DNA from: Saccostrea echinata
Lineage: Eukaryota
NCBI RefSeq assembly: GCF_033153115.1
Contig: NW_026889774.1
Location: 26,164,001 to 26,228,000, forward strand
DNA length: 64,000 bases
Reading direction: 5' to 3'
Shown here: positions 12,709 to 26,295 of the stretch, one piece after another
Numbering within the stretch: the stretch's first letter is position 1
Layout of the letters: every line of letters starts with the position of its first letter
The notes under the pieces: model-generated
Told to the model about the DNA's origin: nothing
The model's database searches: none
Seen by the model: the letters and a program-made list of their open reading frames with translations, nothing else
Translations under genes and position numbers: made by a program

Positions 12709-13698
12709 AGTTAGAATAATCTAACTGTGTCTAGGGACAATATCATTTTACAATAGAACGTTCTATCTAAATGGATCCCATGTGCTAAGGAGGATAACAT
12801 ATCTATTTATAAGCAATATTGTGAGCCCCGTGTATATTGCTCAGGTAAACGGAGTAATCTGTATTCCAAATTAGTATAGATAAACAATCGCCTATAACAA
12901 GCGACATGAAACATCACGGTCAGTCAAAATACGACCAAAGGAATTGATATTTGTAAACAAAATCATTATAACGACAATAGACTTTGTAACATGCTGACTT
13001 GAAAGCCCTGTTATATCAACTTATTTGTCAGTAGCCTTCCTCGGTTTAAAAAATATCGTACACAGAGCATGTTCTTTCATGCCGAATCAGTTTGGAGATA
13101 TTAACAACATATATATGCATGTGAAAGTGGAATAAATATTAGTAAATGACGATGGGACAGTTGAAAGTCAATATCAATTAAACACATGTGGCAGATGTAA
13201 TGTAGAATATTGACCCGATCTGCGATGTCATTTTTTGGAGTGAGTTTGATAGTTTTTAAGTAATACCTTTCATTATAGTTACTTCTAAATTACCATTGCC
13301 ATTACTCTGATTTTTGTTTTTCTGATTGAATATGATTTTTTACTGGATAGATTAAAAAAAATGATATATAATCCTTGAAGGACAGACAGCAATCACTCGG
13401 CTTTTTCCGTCCAGCTGAAAAAAAGAAAAAAAACAAAAAACAAAAAAACCTCGAACTTGACGGATGAATTTATCAAGATGATGAATTGCAAAACATTCTG
13501 CTTTTACATACAGATTGTTATGGATGAGAATTATGTCTAATTATACTGAGAATTCTTTTTTGTATTCAGTCAATTTTCATTTCAAGCGTGTTTTTAAAAA
13601 ATGTGATTTGTTCGGGTTCGAGATTCATAAATCATTCGGGACTCTCTAGATTTTACCTTAATCCCATTGTCTCCTTCTTTTACCGTCGGTTACCCGCC

Positions 13699-16600
13699 AT
13701 GTCGGAAAGCGATTCAGACGAGGGGATGAAAAATTCCACTTGGGTCCCTTACAGAGACCGAGATGAGTGGAAGGACGTCTCCCCCATCCCCCAGGATGAC
13801 GGTCCCGGCCCCGTGGTCCAGATTGCATACTCTGACGAATGTAAGTAAAGTGCCAGAGAATCTGAAACATGGTGTCGTCACCCGGGGATAATGTGTTTGT
13901 TGTGGTCGATGTACATGTATGGAATTCTCTTTGGCTTGCGTCCAGTGGCTAAGAATAGCCAGAATGGCTTATTTTCTGTATCTTATTCAAATTCATTAGT
14001 AAGAAAATAATTTTAAGTAATAATTGAACATAATTATTGCAGCTAAATATCAAAAAGGAAATGCTTGGAAAAAAGAGGGTGGGGGGGTGGGGGTAACTAT
14101 TGATGCCAATTTACATTACTAATTATTAGCAGTGCATGCATTCGTCATAAAACATCATCTTGAAAAATAATTTCTGCATACAAGGATAAAAGTGATGACT
14201 TGTTCTTCTTATAGGATCTTAAACAATTAAGTTTAAATTTGATTAACTCGAATTTTAATCAGTAGTGTAGTATATACATGATATAGTCCACTAGTTATAC
14301 ACAAGCTCCCTTGAAGGGATATAGGTAGGTAATTGTTGAACAAACAATGGGTGATCAGTGCCCCCTCTTGACACTTCTATCACAATAAATTAGGAGAGTA
14401 AGCGGATTAACAATTATCCATTTCACCATTTGATATACAGTTTATAGATTTTAAAATTAAAAAAAATACCCAAACAGGTTGAAATGATGATATTACAAGC
14501 ACAAATTAAATATTATTAAAATGATTTGATTTTGAACATATTTTATTGTATATTACATACAAAAGGATTGGATACAAGTTTTTTTTCAACTTAATAGATC
14601 CTCTCCTTGTTATACAAGCACAATGATGCATGATTGTCATAACAAATAAATTGAGATAATTTACAAATCATGTTATGCATGCAAAAAACAAGATAATAAA
14701 TATATTGGAAAGGTTAAATAAATACTGGTACTGTAAATATATATTATTTTAGAAGATACGTGAAACTTTGATATTTCTAACTTTGTGCACTTCTGAATGT
14801 AATTTACATACAGAAGTGCACAAAACTAAGAATATCAAAGATAGTATATATTACATGTATCTTTAATCAAGATTTCTTTTATGGTTATTTTTTCCTTATT
14901 TTTTCCGTTCATTTATTTATTTTATTTGGTCGGTCAACACTATTTGTTTTACTTAATGTATTTATGTCTTTGAACAATGTTAGTTAATATGTATATATGG
15001 TCGGTCAGGTCTTTAGTAGATATGATCAGTCAGTACAATAAGTATAGATATGATGGTCAGTCAGGTTTTTAGTGTAGACATGGTCTGAGTCTGGTCACTG
15101 CAATTGCTGTCAGGTCATCTATATTTTATTTTATGCTTAAAAAATATAAGATAAGATTTTTTAATTTAAGTGCATACGATACTTTAAATTATAATTGGTG
15201 AAAAGTTGCTTATGTAAATTCGGCTTAGTTTCATCAGGTCAATGCATATTTAATATATAGGTTCGTAAGTTTGTGTTTATCTGTCAGAAATGTTTAATTA
15301 CAAAGTATTACACCTGAATATTTATAAATTAACATTATATGTATTAAATATTTTTATAAAATGATAACGATTACAAATGATTTTCATTTGGTCAGGTCAT
15401 TTCATATTTCGTCAGGTCATTAAATTTTCATGAAGTGAATGGATAAATGACTAAATATTTGGTAAAAATGTTTCTAAAACATTTTTTCTAAAGTATGAAT
15501 CATTTTAATAGAGAACAAATTTGAAAAATGTATCAAATTTGTTTAAAAAGATAACAAATATGAATGATTATCATTTGGTCAGGTCATTTCAAATTTGGTC
15601 AGGTCATTAAATTTTCATGAAATGAATGGATACCAGACTAAATATTTGGTAGAAATGTTTCTAAAAACATTTTGCCTAAACTATCAATCATTATAATAGA
15701 GAATATATGTTAATAATGTATCAAATATTTTTAAAAAGATAACAATTATGAATGATTATCATTTGGTCAGGTCATTTCATATTTGGTCAGGTCATTAAAT
15801 TTTCATGGAATGAATTGATTAATGACAATAAATTTGGTAAAAATGATTGAATATACCTTTATTCAATTGAATTACACCTTATGATTAAGAAAATATCATG
15901 AAAAAGTTGATATAAAAACTCAGAATATTGATATTTGGAGATTTTTTTGTTGGTCAGGTCAGTCAGGTCTTTAGTAGGTCAGGTCTTTAGTATGTTCCAA
16001 ATATTTGTAATCAAAATCCACAGACATCACACAATAGACTTAGATTAATTGATCTTTTACTTGTTTATATCTATTCTGCTCAATCTGGAATTATTAATAA
16101 CCTGTGATTAATTGAGGATTAGGAAACTGTATGTTATTATTGGATGGAGGGAGAACCTTTCCCTCTCTGTAAATTTCCATTTACTAAATAGTCAAGTTCT
16201 CACTTTTCAGCCTATAAATGATTATATTAAACTGTTGACATCAACTAAATTGTTCATGTTTATAGCAGTAAATTATACATATTTCATTGCCTGCCAAATT
16301 TTTTTCTGATGGGTTCTCTAATCCATGGACAATCATACTGTCAAAATTTAAGATATTTTTATCGTAGAAGTCAATTGATATGGTCTTTCTTCATGACTTT
16401 TAGACTAAATGTGGACCGTGTACAGCAAGGTGGAATTTTTGAACTCATGAGAAATTTTCTTTAGGAATGTGATGCATCTTGATAGTCGATTGTATTGCAA
16501 AGCTTTATTAATTTACAATATCTCTATTTTGGATGTTTCTTTACTAAATCTTCCAAGAAATGACAATTGCCCTATAAATAGTGCATGGTGGCATCATCTA

Positions 16601-19600
16601 AGTAAACTTTTGATAATGTGGATGAGAATGCAGTCTACATTGCACAATCATATATCTATAGATACTATAATCCTCTCAAATAATCATATCTTAATCCCTG
16701 GTCAATATTCAAATGCTTAAATTTAATGATTTTAATATGCTATTTGTTTTTCTCTTAAGCTTTGATGCAACCTTTATGGAGGGAGATTGGATGCAATCTT
16801 TGTGTATAGAGATAGGATTCGAATTCAAGGAATAAAAACAATCCCAACTTTTAAATGTCACAGTAATCCAAGGTTTTTCAAGTAAAGAAGTGTATGAGAA
16901 TCACCTGGCCTGTGAAGATGTAGTAAACAGAGTCAGTAGTTCTGTAAATACTTTCTCCTTGCAGTTCAAGATGTATACGACTACTTCCGGGCCATCATTG
17001 CAAAGGAAGAAGTGAGTGATCGTGCTCTGGAGTTAACGAAAGACGCAGCACGGCTAAATGCCGCTAATTATACTGTATGGTAAGTGATCGTAGTCACTTA
17101 TACTTTATGTTTAAGCTTTCAATGCTGCATATTAAGCTGTGTGGTAAATGATGAAGGCTGCCATATTATGTGTTGTAATACGAGTCTTTATATATGATGG
17201 ATACTTCCAGTTGTAACATGACAGTGTGATAATTGAAGAATATGCACTACTGTTGGTAATAAATACCACAAATTATGTTGTTCGGTACATATAATGATTT
17301 TCCCTAAATTCACAGATTTTCCCATTTTTAACGGCCCAGGCCCTAGTACCAAAAAGTGGTCTGAAAGCCCTGCATTTCAAAGCATGATTAAACTAATGCT
17401 CTTGTTTAGTCCTATACAGATATTTTCCATTAGTGGTCCGTCCATGATGATTGAATTCAACCATCTTACTCTCTTGTAAAAATGTTAAAATGTAAACTGC
17501 AGGGAAAATGCTAAATACTTTGTAAACATATTGTAAACATTTGTTGTAAAAGTAAGGGAGGACTCCGACTGTTTATTTTCAACTGGCATTATATTTTTTT
17601 TTAGCGATTTAATCTTCAAATTGTATAATCAAAGTGGAATCACAAGTAGAAACTTGTGATTAGATTGCAGGAATCTAGTGTATTTGTACACCTTTGATAT
17701 TTTCTGAATGTATGTCATTTAAAATGTCATTGGCATGTTTATTTAGTATGCTTGTCATTGTGGTATTCAGTGTGTAAAAATATTCAAAATAGTTTTCCCT
17801 TACGATATATGTCACTGTTAATATTAAATATGTTTGCAATGAAGGTACTAGACTTGTACTATGGGGCAGCAGATCAGTAAGATTTTGATTGTTCAGCACT
17901 TCTTTGTGGAGAAGACTTCATTTCCTGATGAAAGTCTTGAAATATTGCCAAGAACTGGGAAAAAAAATTCCAATACCAATCTTAAAATCAATTTTTCTTT
18001 TATGCTTCTCGTTATTAAAGGGTCTTTGCTTGTGAAATTGCTCAAGTAAGCCAAATAGATCTCTGTTTTTTCTCCATTAAATGATTTTTGTGCATTGATG
18101 CTGTATTGATATATAAAGGTGCAATGTCCTTGTGTTTTATTGTGAATTTCCCATAAGTGGGTATAAAAAATGAATGGTATTGCCAGAGAAGAGATTAAAA
18201 TTCTAATTTAGTGCTGTTTACAATGTCAAAAGGTGACACGTTTTAGAATTAATGTGTGTGAAATACATGTACTGGCACGTGTATGCTGTGTTTATCTTAT
18301 GTAAAAAGGTCATTGTTTGATTATGATTTTAAAAATCACCTACACTTAATATCTTGGTTCTTTTTGTGTTTAGGAAAAAAAAAATCTCTTGACAAGAATA
18401 AAGAAGCCTAGACAGTCAGTAGTATATAAGCATATAGACTGGATATCTCCCCCCCCCCCCCCCCCCACCACCACCACCACCACCGCCACACTTTTCACAC
18501 GAGAGGTTTAGTCAATTTTTTTCTTTATGATTTTTGGACGTCTGTTTACTATTTATTCATTTAATAATATTAATCCTTCAGAGACACACCTGCCTTTAAA
18601 GTATAATAATTCTATTATGTTAATTGAAACGGATTAAAGAAATGATATTTACTCAAAATTTGTGTGAATTTTGCAAGAGTTCACACATTCTTTACATAAA
18701 GGTCACAAATGGAAATCTTCACATTGGAATTTATTATGATCTCTTAGAAAAATGTTGGAAAACTCTAAAGCATGATCTACAATTTCACCATTGTAAGTTC
18801 TGACATGCAGATTGAAATGTGTCAGTTAGATCTATTACGGTCCAATTAATTGTTCAGACTGTTACAGAACTTGAGAGCATTGCTGTTACACATCTCTAAT
18901 CTCTTTTCTTTTTCACAGGCATTACAGGAGAATTCTCTTAAAAGAGCTGGAAAAAGACCTGAAAGAGGAACTAAAATACATCACAGACATGATCATCTCC
19001 CACCCCAAAAACTACCAAGTCTGGTGAGAGATTGTTAGATTTCCTAAAATACATCACTGACATGATCAGCTCCACCCGAAAACCTATCAAGTTTGGTGAA
19101 AGCTTGTCAGATTTATTCACTTAGCCTAATTAGAAAAAAAGCTATGGATGGGGAGGGAGGGGGGGGGGGTATATTAAAATTATTATAGAGTGACACTTTG
19201 GTAAGATAGATAAATATAACTGATAAATCTCTCCCGCATTACGATTATGAAATTTATTTCTTCAGTAATCATTTGTCTCAAACGTTGATTTGTTTCAAGA
19301 TCAGCTTTGATCTAAATTTTGTAAAACATTTCTCGTGATGAAAAAGTATAAAACTTTTATCATTTATGTTGTTACTGATATACTGATTTGTCTCGTTTTA
19401 TCGTTTATATCAGGCACCACCGCCGAGTGATTGTGGAATGGCTACAGGACCCATCACAAGAACTTGAATTTACTGCCCAGATCTTGAAAAAGGACGCTAA
19501 GAATTACCATACATGGCAACACAGGTGACTTATAGTTGAAGTTCTCTCTGATAGTAAGACATTTCTTTTAATCCATTGAGATTTTCAACTGTTAGTTTTA

Positions 19601-22600
19601 AATCAGAAACATCTGTTATTGCGTAATGTTAAAGTTGTGAAAAACAGTTTTTTTCATAATTTGAATTCATAACAAGACTTGGATCGTCTTTTAGTGTTTT
19701 CATATTTGATACAGATGGGCAGTAGCTCCTAGAGTTTAGGGTTAAAGAAGCACCATTGATGATAATAAGGCAATTCTTTACCTTTGATTAGACCAAGGGT
19801 TAGAATTTAGGTTGTTAGGCAAATGCTATAGCTGTTTATGATCCCTATATGACCTTTATATGACATTTGCTATTTCCCTGCCACCAGGCAGGACATTGGA
19901 AAGTGTATAATGAACACTGTACTGATGGTTTACCCTGTTTGACCTTTGTGTGACCTTTTTGACCTTTGCTTACAGATAGTGGGTGATTCATTAACCTATT
20001 TGACCTTTGTGACCTCTCTGACCTTTGCTTACAGATAGTGGGTGATTCATTAACCCTATTTGACCTTTGTGTAACCTCTTTGACCTTTGCTTACAGGCAG
20101 TGGGTGATCCGGGAGTTTGGATTGTGGGACAGAGAGCTGGAATACGTGGACTCTCTCCTACAGGAAGACCTCAGGAACAACTCGGCATGGAATCAACGAT
20201 ACTTCGTCATCAACAACACCACTGGGTTTACTGAGGAAGTGGTCAACAAGGAGGTCAGGTGAGCTTTCCAGGGAGGACTGTTTCAAGGTCACACTTACAA
20301 AAAAGTAAACAGGAATGTCAGCTACTCTCTTAAAAGCTGGACAGAATTCTAACTAGTCTCTTATACTGTATATAAAATTTTATAATTACACCACTCATTT
20401 TAGAGAAAAGGACACACTGTGAAATATTTCCATAATTAGTGACAGAGGCATTCATGAATTAAACCAAGATAGATGTTATATCAGTAGGTTGTTTCATTTA
20501 TTCAACATTATTGGAAGGAAATATTTTGGGTACAACTTTGTATTTGTACTCGGGGAATATCAGAAGCTTATAAATGAAATAAAAATCATTAATGAACATG
20601 AGATGTTAGGGTAAGTCTGGATCCAAAGTCAAAGCTGTTTCTGTAAACTAGAAAAGTTTCACACATTAATGTAAATGAAATGAAAGTTTTTACATATACA
20701 CTGTTTTGTAGATACACACAAGAGTTTATCAAGAAGGCCCCCAACAATGAGAGTTCTTGGAACTACTTGAAAGGGTAAGACTCGTATCGTTAATCATTTT
20801 GTACTTATATGAACATGTTGCACTGCTATCGCCGGGTTCACAGAAAACTTAGAATTATGCTTATTATCATACAGTCACACGTAAAAGAAATGGTGGACAG
20901 ATTTTTGTATGAAAAAAGTAGACTGTGAAATAAAAGTGGTGAAGGCTTTGTATATGTATCTTGTAGCTTTTTAATTGTATTCCTTTAGAGCACTGATGAA
21001 CTTTGAGTAAGTACCCAGGCCTACTGGAGTTTGTCAGCAGCTGTATGACAATCGCTACAGATCTCCGTAACTGATTGTTTTATCTTAGTTTTAGGGTGCT
21101 GATGGACTTTGAGCTGTATAAGTATTCAGGCATTCTAGAGTTCTGTCAGCAGCTGTATGATGATCGCAACAGATCTCTGTACCTGATTGTTTTATCTGAG
21201 TTGTCTACTTTACGGTGCTGATTGACTTTGAGCTGTATAATGCGGGATTAATGATGTACATGTATATATATATGAGTTGTTTATTTTAGGGTGCTGATGG
21301 ACTTTGAGCTGTATAAGTACCCAGGCCTGCTGGAGTTTTGTCAGCAGCTGTATGATGATCGATACAGATCTCCATACCTGATTGCTTGTATGATTGACAC
21401 ATATGAAGAGATGCTGGAGCAGAACTGTGGAGAACAGCGAGAGGTTCTGGAGAAAGCCGTGTCGGTATGTCATTGTTGTGTCGGTTTGTTAATGCTGTGT
21501 CCGTTTGTTAATGCTGTGTAGGTATGTTAATGCTGTGTTGGTATGTTAATGCTGTGTTGGTATGTCAATGTTGTGTTGGTATGTTAATGCTGTGTTGGTA
21601 TGTCAATGTTGTGTCGGTATGTTAATGCTGTGTTGGTATGTCAATGTTGTGTTGGTATGTTAATGCTGTGTTGGTATGTCAATGCTGTGTTGGTATGTCA
21701 ATGCTGTGTCGGTATGTTTATGCTGTGTTGGTATGTTAATGCTGTGTTGGTGCTGTGTTGGTATGTCAATGCTGTGTTGGTATGTCAATGCTGTGTTGGT
21801 ATGTCAATGCAGTGTCGGTATGTTTATGCTGTGTTGGTATGTTAATGCTGTGTTGGTGCTGTGTTGGTATGTCAATGCTGTGTCGGAATGTTGATGCTGT
21901 GTTGGTTTGTTTATGCTGTGTTGGTATGTCGATGCTGTGTCGGAATGTTGATGCTGTGTTGGTTTGTTGATGCTGTGTTGGTATGTCAATGCTGTGTTGG
22001 TATGTTAATGCTATGTTATGCTGTGTTGGTATGTTAATGCTGTGTTGGTATGTTAATGCTGTGTTGATGTGTTAATGCTGTGTTGATATGTCAATGCTGT
22101 GTTGATATGTTAATGCTGTGTTGATATGTTAATGCTGTGTTGGTATGTTAATGCTATGTTATGCTGTGTTGGTATGTTAATGCTGTGTTGATATGTTAAT
22201 GCTGTGTTGGTATGTTAATGCTGTGTTGGTATGCCAATGCTGTGTTGGTATGTTTATGCTGTGTTGGTATGTCGATGCTGTGTCGGAATGTTGATGCTGT
22301 GTTGGTTTGTTGATGCTGTGTTGGTATGTCAATGCTGTGTTGGTATGTTAATGCTATGTTATGCAGTGTTGGTATGTTAATGCTGTGTTGGTATGTTAAT
22401 GCTGTGTTGATGTGTTAATGCTGTGTTGATATGTCAATGCTGTGTTGATATGTTAATGCTGTGTTGATATGTTAATGCTGTGTTGGTATGTTAATGCTGT
22501 GTTGATATGTTAATGCTGTGTTGATATGTCAATGTTGTGTTGCTATGCCAATGCTGTGTTGGTATGTTAATGCTGTGTTGGTATGTCAATGCTGTGTTGG

Positions 22601-23733
22601 TATGTTGATGCTGTGATGGTATGTTAATGCCATGTTGGTATGTTAAAGCCGTGTCGTTACATTAATATCGTGTCGGTATGTTGATGCTGTATTAGTATGT
22701 TAATACTGTGTTGGTATGTCAATGCCATGTCGGTATGTTTATTCTGTATTGGTATGTTAATGCTGTGTTATGTTAATGCTGTGTTGGTATGTTAATGCTG
22801 TGTTGGTATGTTAATACTGTGTTGGTATGTTAATGCCGTGTTGGTATGTTAATGCTGTGTTGGTATGTTGATGCTGTGTTGATATGTTAATGCTGTGTTG
22901 GTATGTTAATGCTGTGTTGGTATGTTAATGCTGTGTTGGTATGTTAATACTGTGTTGGTATGTTAATGCTGTGTCAGAATGTTGATGCTGTGTTGGTTTG
23001 TTGATGCTATGTTGGTATGTCAATGCTGTGTTGGTATGTTAATGCTATGTTATGCTGTGTTGGTATGTTAATGCTGTGTTGGTATGTTAATGCTGTGTTG
23101 ATATGTTAATGCTGTGTTGATATGTTCATACTTTGTCAGTGTATCAATGCTGTGTTGGTATATACTCAATGTTTACTGGCTTTCAGATTTTTTTTCCACA
23201 AGAACTTGCTTTCACAGTTTGTCCTCTTTATTTGAGCAGCCCAGCAATGTTTTCCTTTTTACTTTGGCCCTTTCATGTTGTCCTCTGTATATGAATGGCC
23301 TTTGAATGTTTTCCTCTTCAGTTTGATACGATTCTTTAGTTTAATTGGCCCTAAACTTGCTCATCAGTTTGTTTGGTCCTCAGAGTTCTCTTATTGACCC
23401 ACCTTATCAATCAGTGTTTCATCTTTGCAGTAAGGATTATGGCTACTCAACACATTCTATGAAAATATTTAAAATCCAGCTAAATACATTCACTTTATTA
23501 AAGTCCATTTCAGATACATGAGATTCTAAATGCCACTTGGCAACAAAATAACCTCTTAATTCAACACAATTATGTTAAGTTTTTAAATTTTTTCTTTACA
23601 GCTGTGTCAGTCGTTAGCGGCGGAGTACGATACGATCAGATCACAATACTGGGACTATCTCTCCCGAGTGTTGTCCAATAAGTATGGCAGTGAAGAGAAT
23701 ACACAGGGCATCAATGCACAGGAATCCTCATGA
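13699..23733 (+). CDS. FNTA: Protein farnesyltransferase/geranylgeranyltransferase type-1 subunit alpha, ~334 aa, 8 exons
   Basis: Exons 13699-13840, 16965-17079, 18919-19023, 19414-19524, 20097-20258, 20712-20774, 21290-21464, 23602-23733 (1005 nt, phases consistent). Diagnostic motifs: [92 protein letters not shown]. Confidence 0.96.
14925..15997. repeat. Unclassified intronic repeat with GGTCAGGTC motifs and ~188-bp internal tandem units (3 copies)
   Basis: CATTTGGTCAGGTCATTTCA..GGTCAGGTCATTAAATTTTCATG at ~15385, 15572 and 15760; GGTCAGGTCTTTAGTA appears near both ends. Confidence 0.7.
21453..23162 (+). repeat. 19-bp minisatellite (~90 copies) derived from the FNTA exon 7 donor site
   Basis: Unit AATGCTGTGTTG|GTATGTy; the first unit is the real junction AAAGCCGTGTCG|GTATGTC. 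Confidence 0.95.
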
Positions 23734-24269
23734 TGATCCGTTTCGTCATGATGATCCGTGTCGTAAAAATGCTTTACAAACAGGAAATATTCATGACAAC
23801 CTATGACAGTATAGCAAGGGAAAGCTTAAGGAGTTTTTACACGTTGATGACTATTTCACCAACCTCCCCAACAGAAAACCTTATCTCTGCCCTACTGCTA
23901 GATTAATGACTGCTACTAAAACACAAATTATTTTATATATACGTTGTATTTTATCTTTATTATCGAATTGTCTACAAGATTAAAGATGAATGTTTGTGTG
24001 ATAAAAGATATACTGTAGTCAGATTTAAAGTGCTTATAATAGCAATGCAGAATTTATCTGTAAGAAAATGTTTTCCATGATAATAATATATGGAATGTGA
24101 TGGAATCCTATTCATAGATATACAGAACATACTAGGTAGAATTTATTGTAAATTGATACAGGTTTTAGAAAAAAAAGCATAGTGCTTCAGAGGTGCTAAT
24201 GTTAACATTGCATATGATGTAACTTTGTGTTCTTGTTCAACAGATCATTCTCTTACAAAGTTGTATGTG

Positions 24270-24398
24270 TATAATCTGAGTATGAACATCTTTAATCTGA
24301 GTATGAACATCTATAATCTGAGTATGAACATCTATAATCTGAGTATGAACATCTTTAATCTGAGTATGAACATCTTGAATATGAGTATGAACATCTTT
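24270..24398 (+). repeat. 21-bp minisatellite (~6 copies) in probable FNTA 3'UTR
   Basis: AATCTGAGTATGAACATCTwT repeated. Confidence 0.9.
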
Positions 24399-26295
24399 AC
24401 CTTGCAAAGTAAATGTACTTTAAATGTTGGCTAGATCATCAGGAAAAAATGAAGTCCAGCCGTTATTGAATTTTACTGTAACTCAAAGTTCAAACTAATT
24501 TGAAATCTCTCCTTGATTTTTGGTCCTTACCGGAGATCACCTTTCTATTGAATGTGTACACTTCAGAAGTTACCAAGAAAAACCTCCATACTGGTGCATA
24601 ATAAATCATTTTGTTGAGAATTTTTGCTATAAAATTATTTTAAATGTGATGTTATGCTACATTCCACCCACCCAACTGCCAATCAGGATACTGTGTACAA
24701 ATGTTCTATACTGTTTAATGCCCATGCAAGCTTCTACATGTATTAATATATTGTACAGCAGATTAGCACCATAAATAAAGCTCCTTCCATACATATGCTG
24801 CTTGTCTTGAGAGTCATTTCAGAATCTGAACATTGTAATGTTACGGTATGATAATTGATGCCGAGTTGGGACTGTTTTGTACACTTCTGAGGTTAAAAGT
24901 AGTCATTCTGTAGATGTTTCTTTTTAGGTGCATGGCTATTAGTAATAAAGCATTTGTTGTCAGTCTTGTGTGTAGCCTATATCTTAAAAAGCTTGATTCC
25001 TCCTTAGATTATCAACCTTGTCATTTGATCTATCTTGGGTGTTGGGGTGTTCCAACCTAAAAGCAGGTCACAGTGACCCAATTTTAGAATGTTCTGGCTT
25101 TTCATTTTGTAAACTTTTAACCTGCTTTGAACATTTTGAGGTGTAGGATCGCCAAATCTAATGAGTAAATTCCTTTTTTTAGCCCAGGGGTGTATCAACC
25201 CAAATGTAGGCCACATTGAAATACCTTTTGAAATTCATTGTCAAAATCTTTTAAGATTTAATATGAACAGGCCTAGGATCATAAATAGTTGTCACATCAT
25301 GTGTCAGACTTGGAAACTTGTGATATTTTTGTATGTTTATGGCTACTTAATTGTTTTGATGCAGTATTAAAGTTGATGCACCTGGGGACATATATACATA
25401 GTCTATTTTAATTTTATTAAAAAAATTTATTGCCCATTCTTCAAATTTCCCTTGGGTCTCTTGTATAATAAAATTGGAAAAATAATATTGAACAACAACT
25501 TATAAAATTAATTGGCCAAGATGACCAACATCCAAGTAAAACTTTTAATTTCATGAAAATCGGTGTAAAATTTTGGTGCTACCAAATATGATTCCTATGA
25601 AGTTGGTACAGTTATAAATTATTAATTACTTACATGTTACAGCTGTGGTGTCATTTAAATAGAATAAATACGAAGAAAATGTTTTCAACGTGAAAAAAAT
25701 AGAGATTATCCGGGATTTTAAGGGTTCCTACCGCACTTGGTTTTACAACTATGACCGAATTTTGGGGATTTCCCGTTGACTGGAGTCGCGTCGAAAACTG
25801 AAAAGGACAGCAAAACGTTTAACTCTAGGACTGAGGATTATGATTCTGTTTTACTCAGCATTAGACCTTTTGCATTGAAAGCCAACAAGAAATAATTGAG
25901 GTTTGTGTAATGTAATTTTTGTGAATCACTGAAGAATATTATTGGGACTTGTTTCTACTTTCGTTTTAAGAGATCATGCTGAATAGGCGTTTCGAGGGAA
26001 GTGGACTAGCTAACTAAGGCCTAATAGTAATCAACTGGTAGTAGGTGTGATTAAAGTAATCTCATTTTTGAGACTAAATTCGCAAATTTACTATCTTGCT
26101 TTTTTTTAAATAACATATTTCACAATTTTTTGTCTTTAATCATGTTAATGAAAGCTACATGTAGTTTTATTAAAACATTTTGTTTAACATCTTGAACTGG
26201 TTCTAAAATACATGTGATTTTATATTATACACGAGCATAATTTATATAATTTGTAGATAGTCCATCAATAGTGGAGTTAGATATCTATTAGCAGA

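Noticed and set aside
21600-21989. Cys/Val-rich ORFs ([15 protein letters not shown]...)
   Set aside because: Translations of the 19-bp intronic minisatellite; open in several frames by periodicity.
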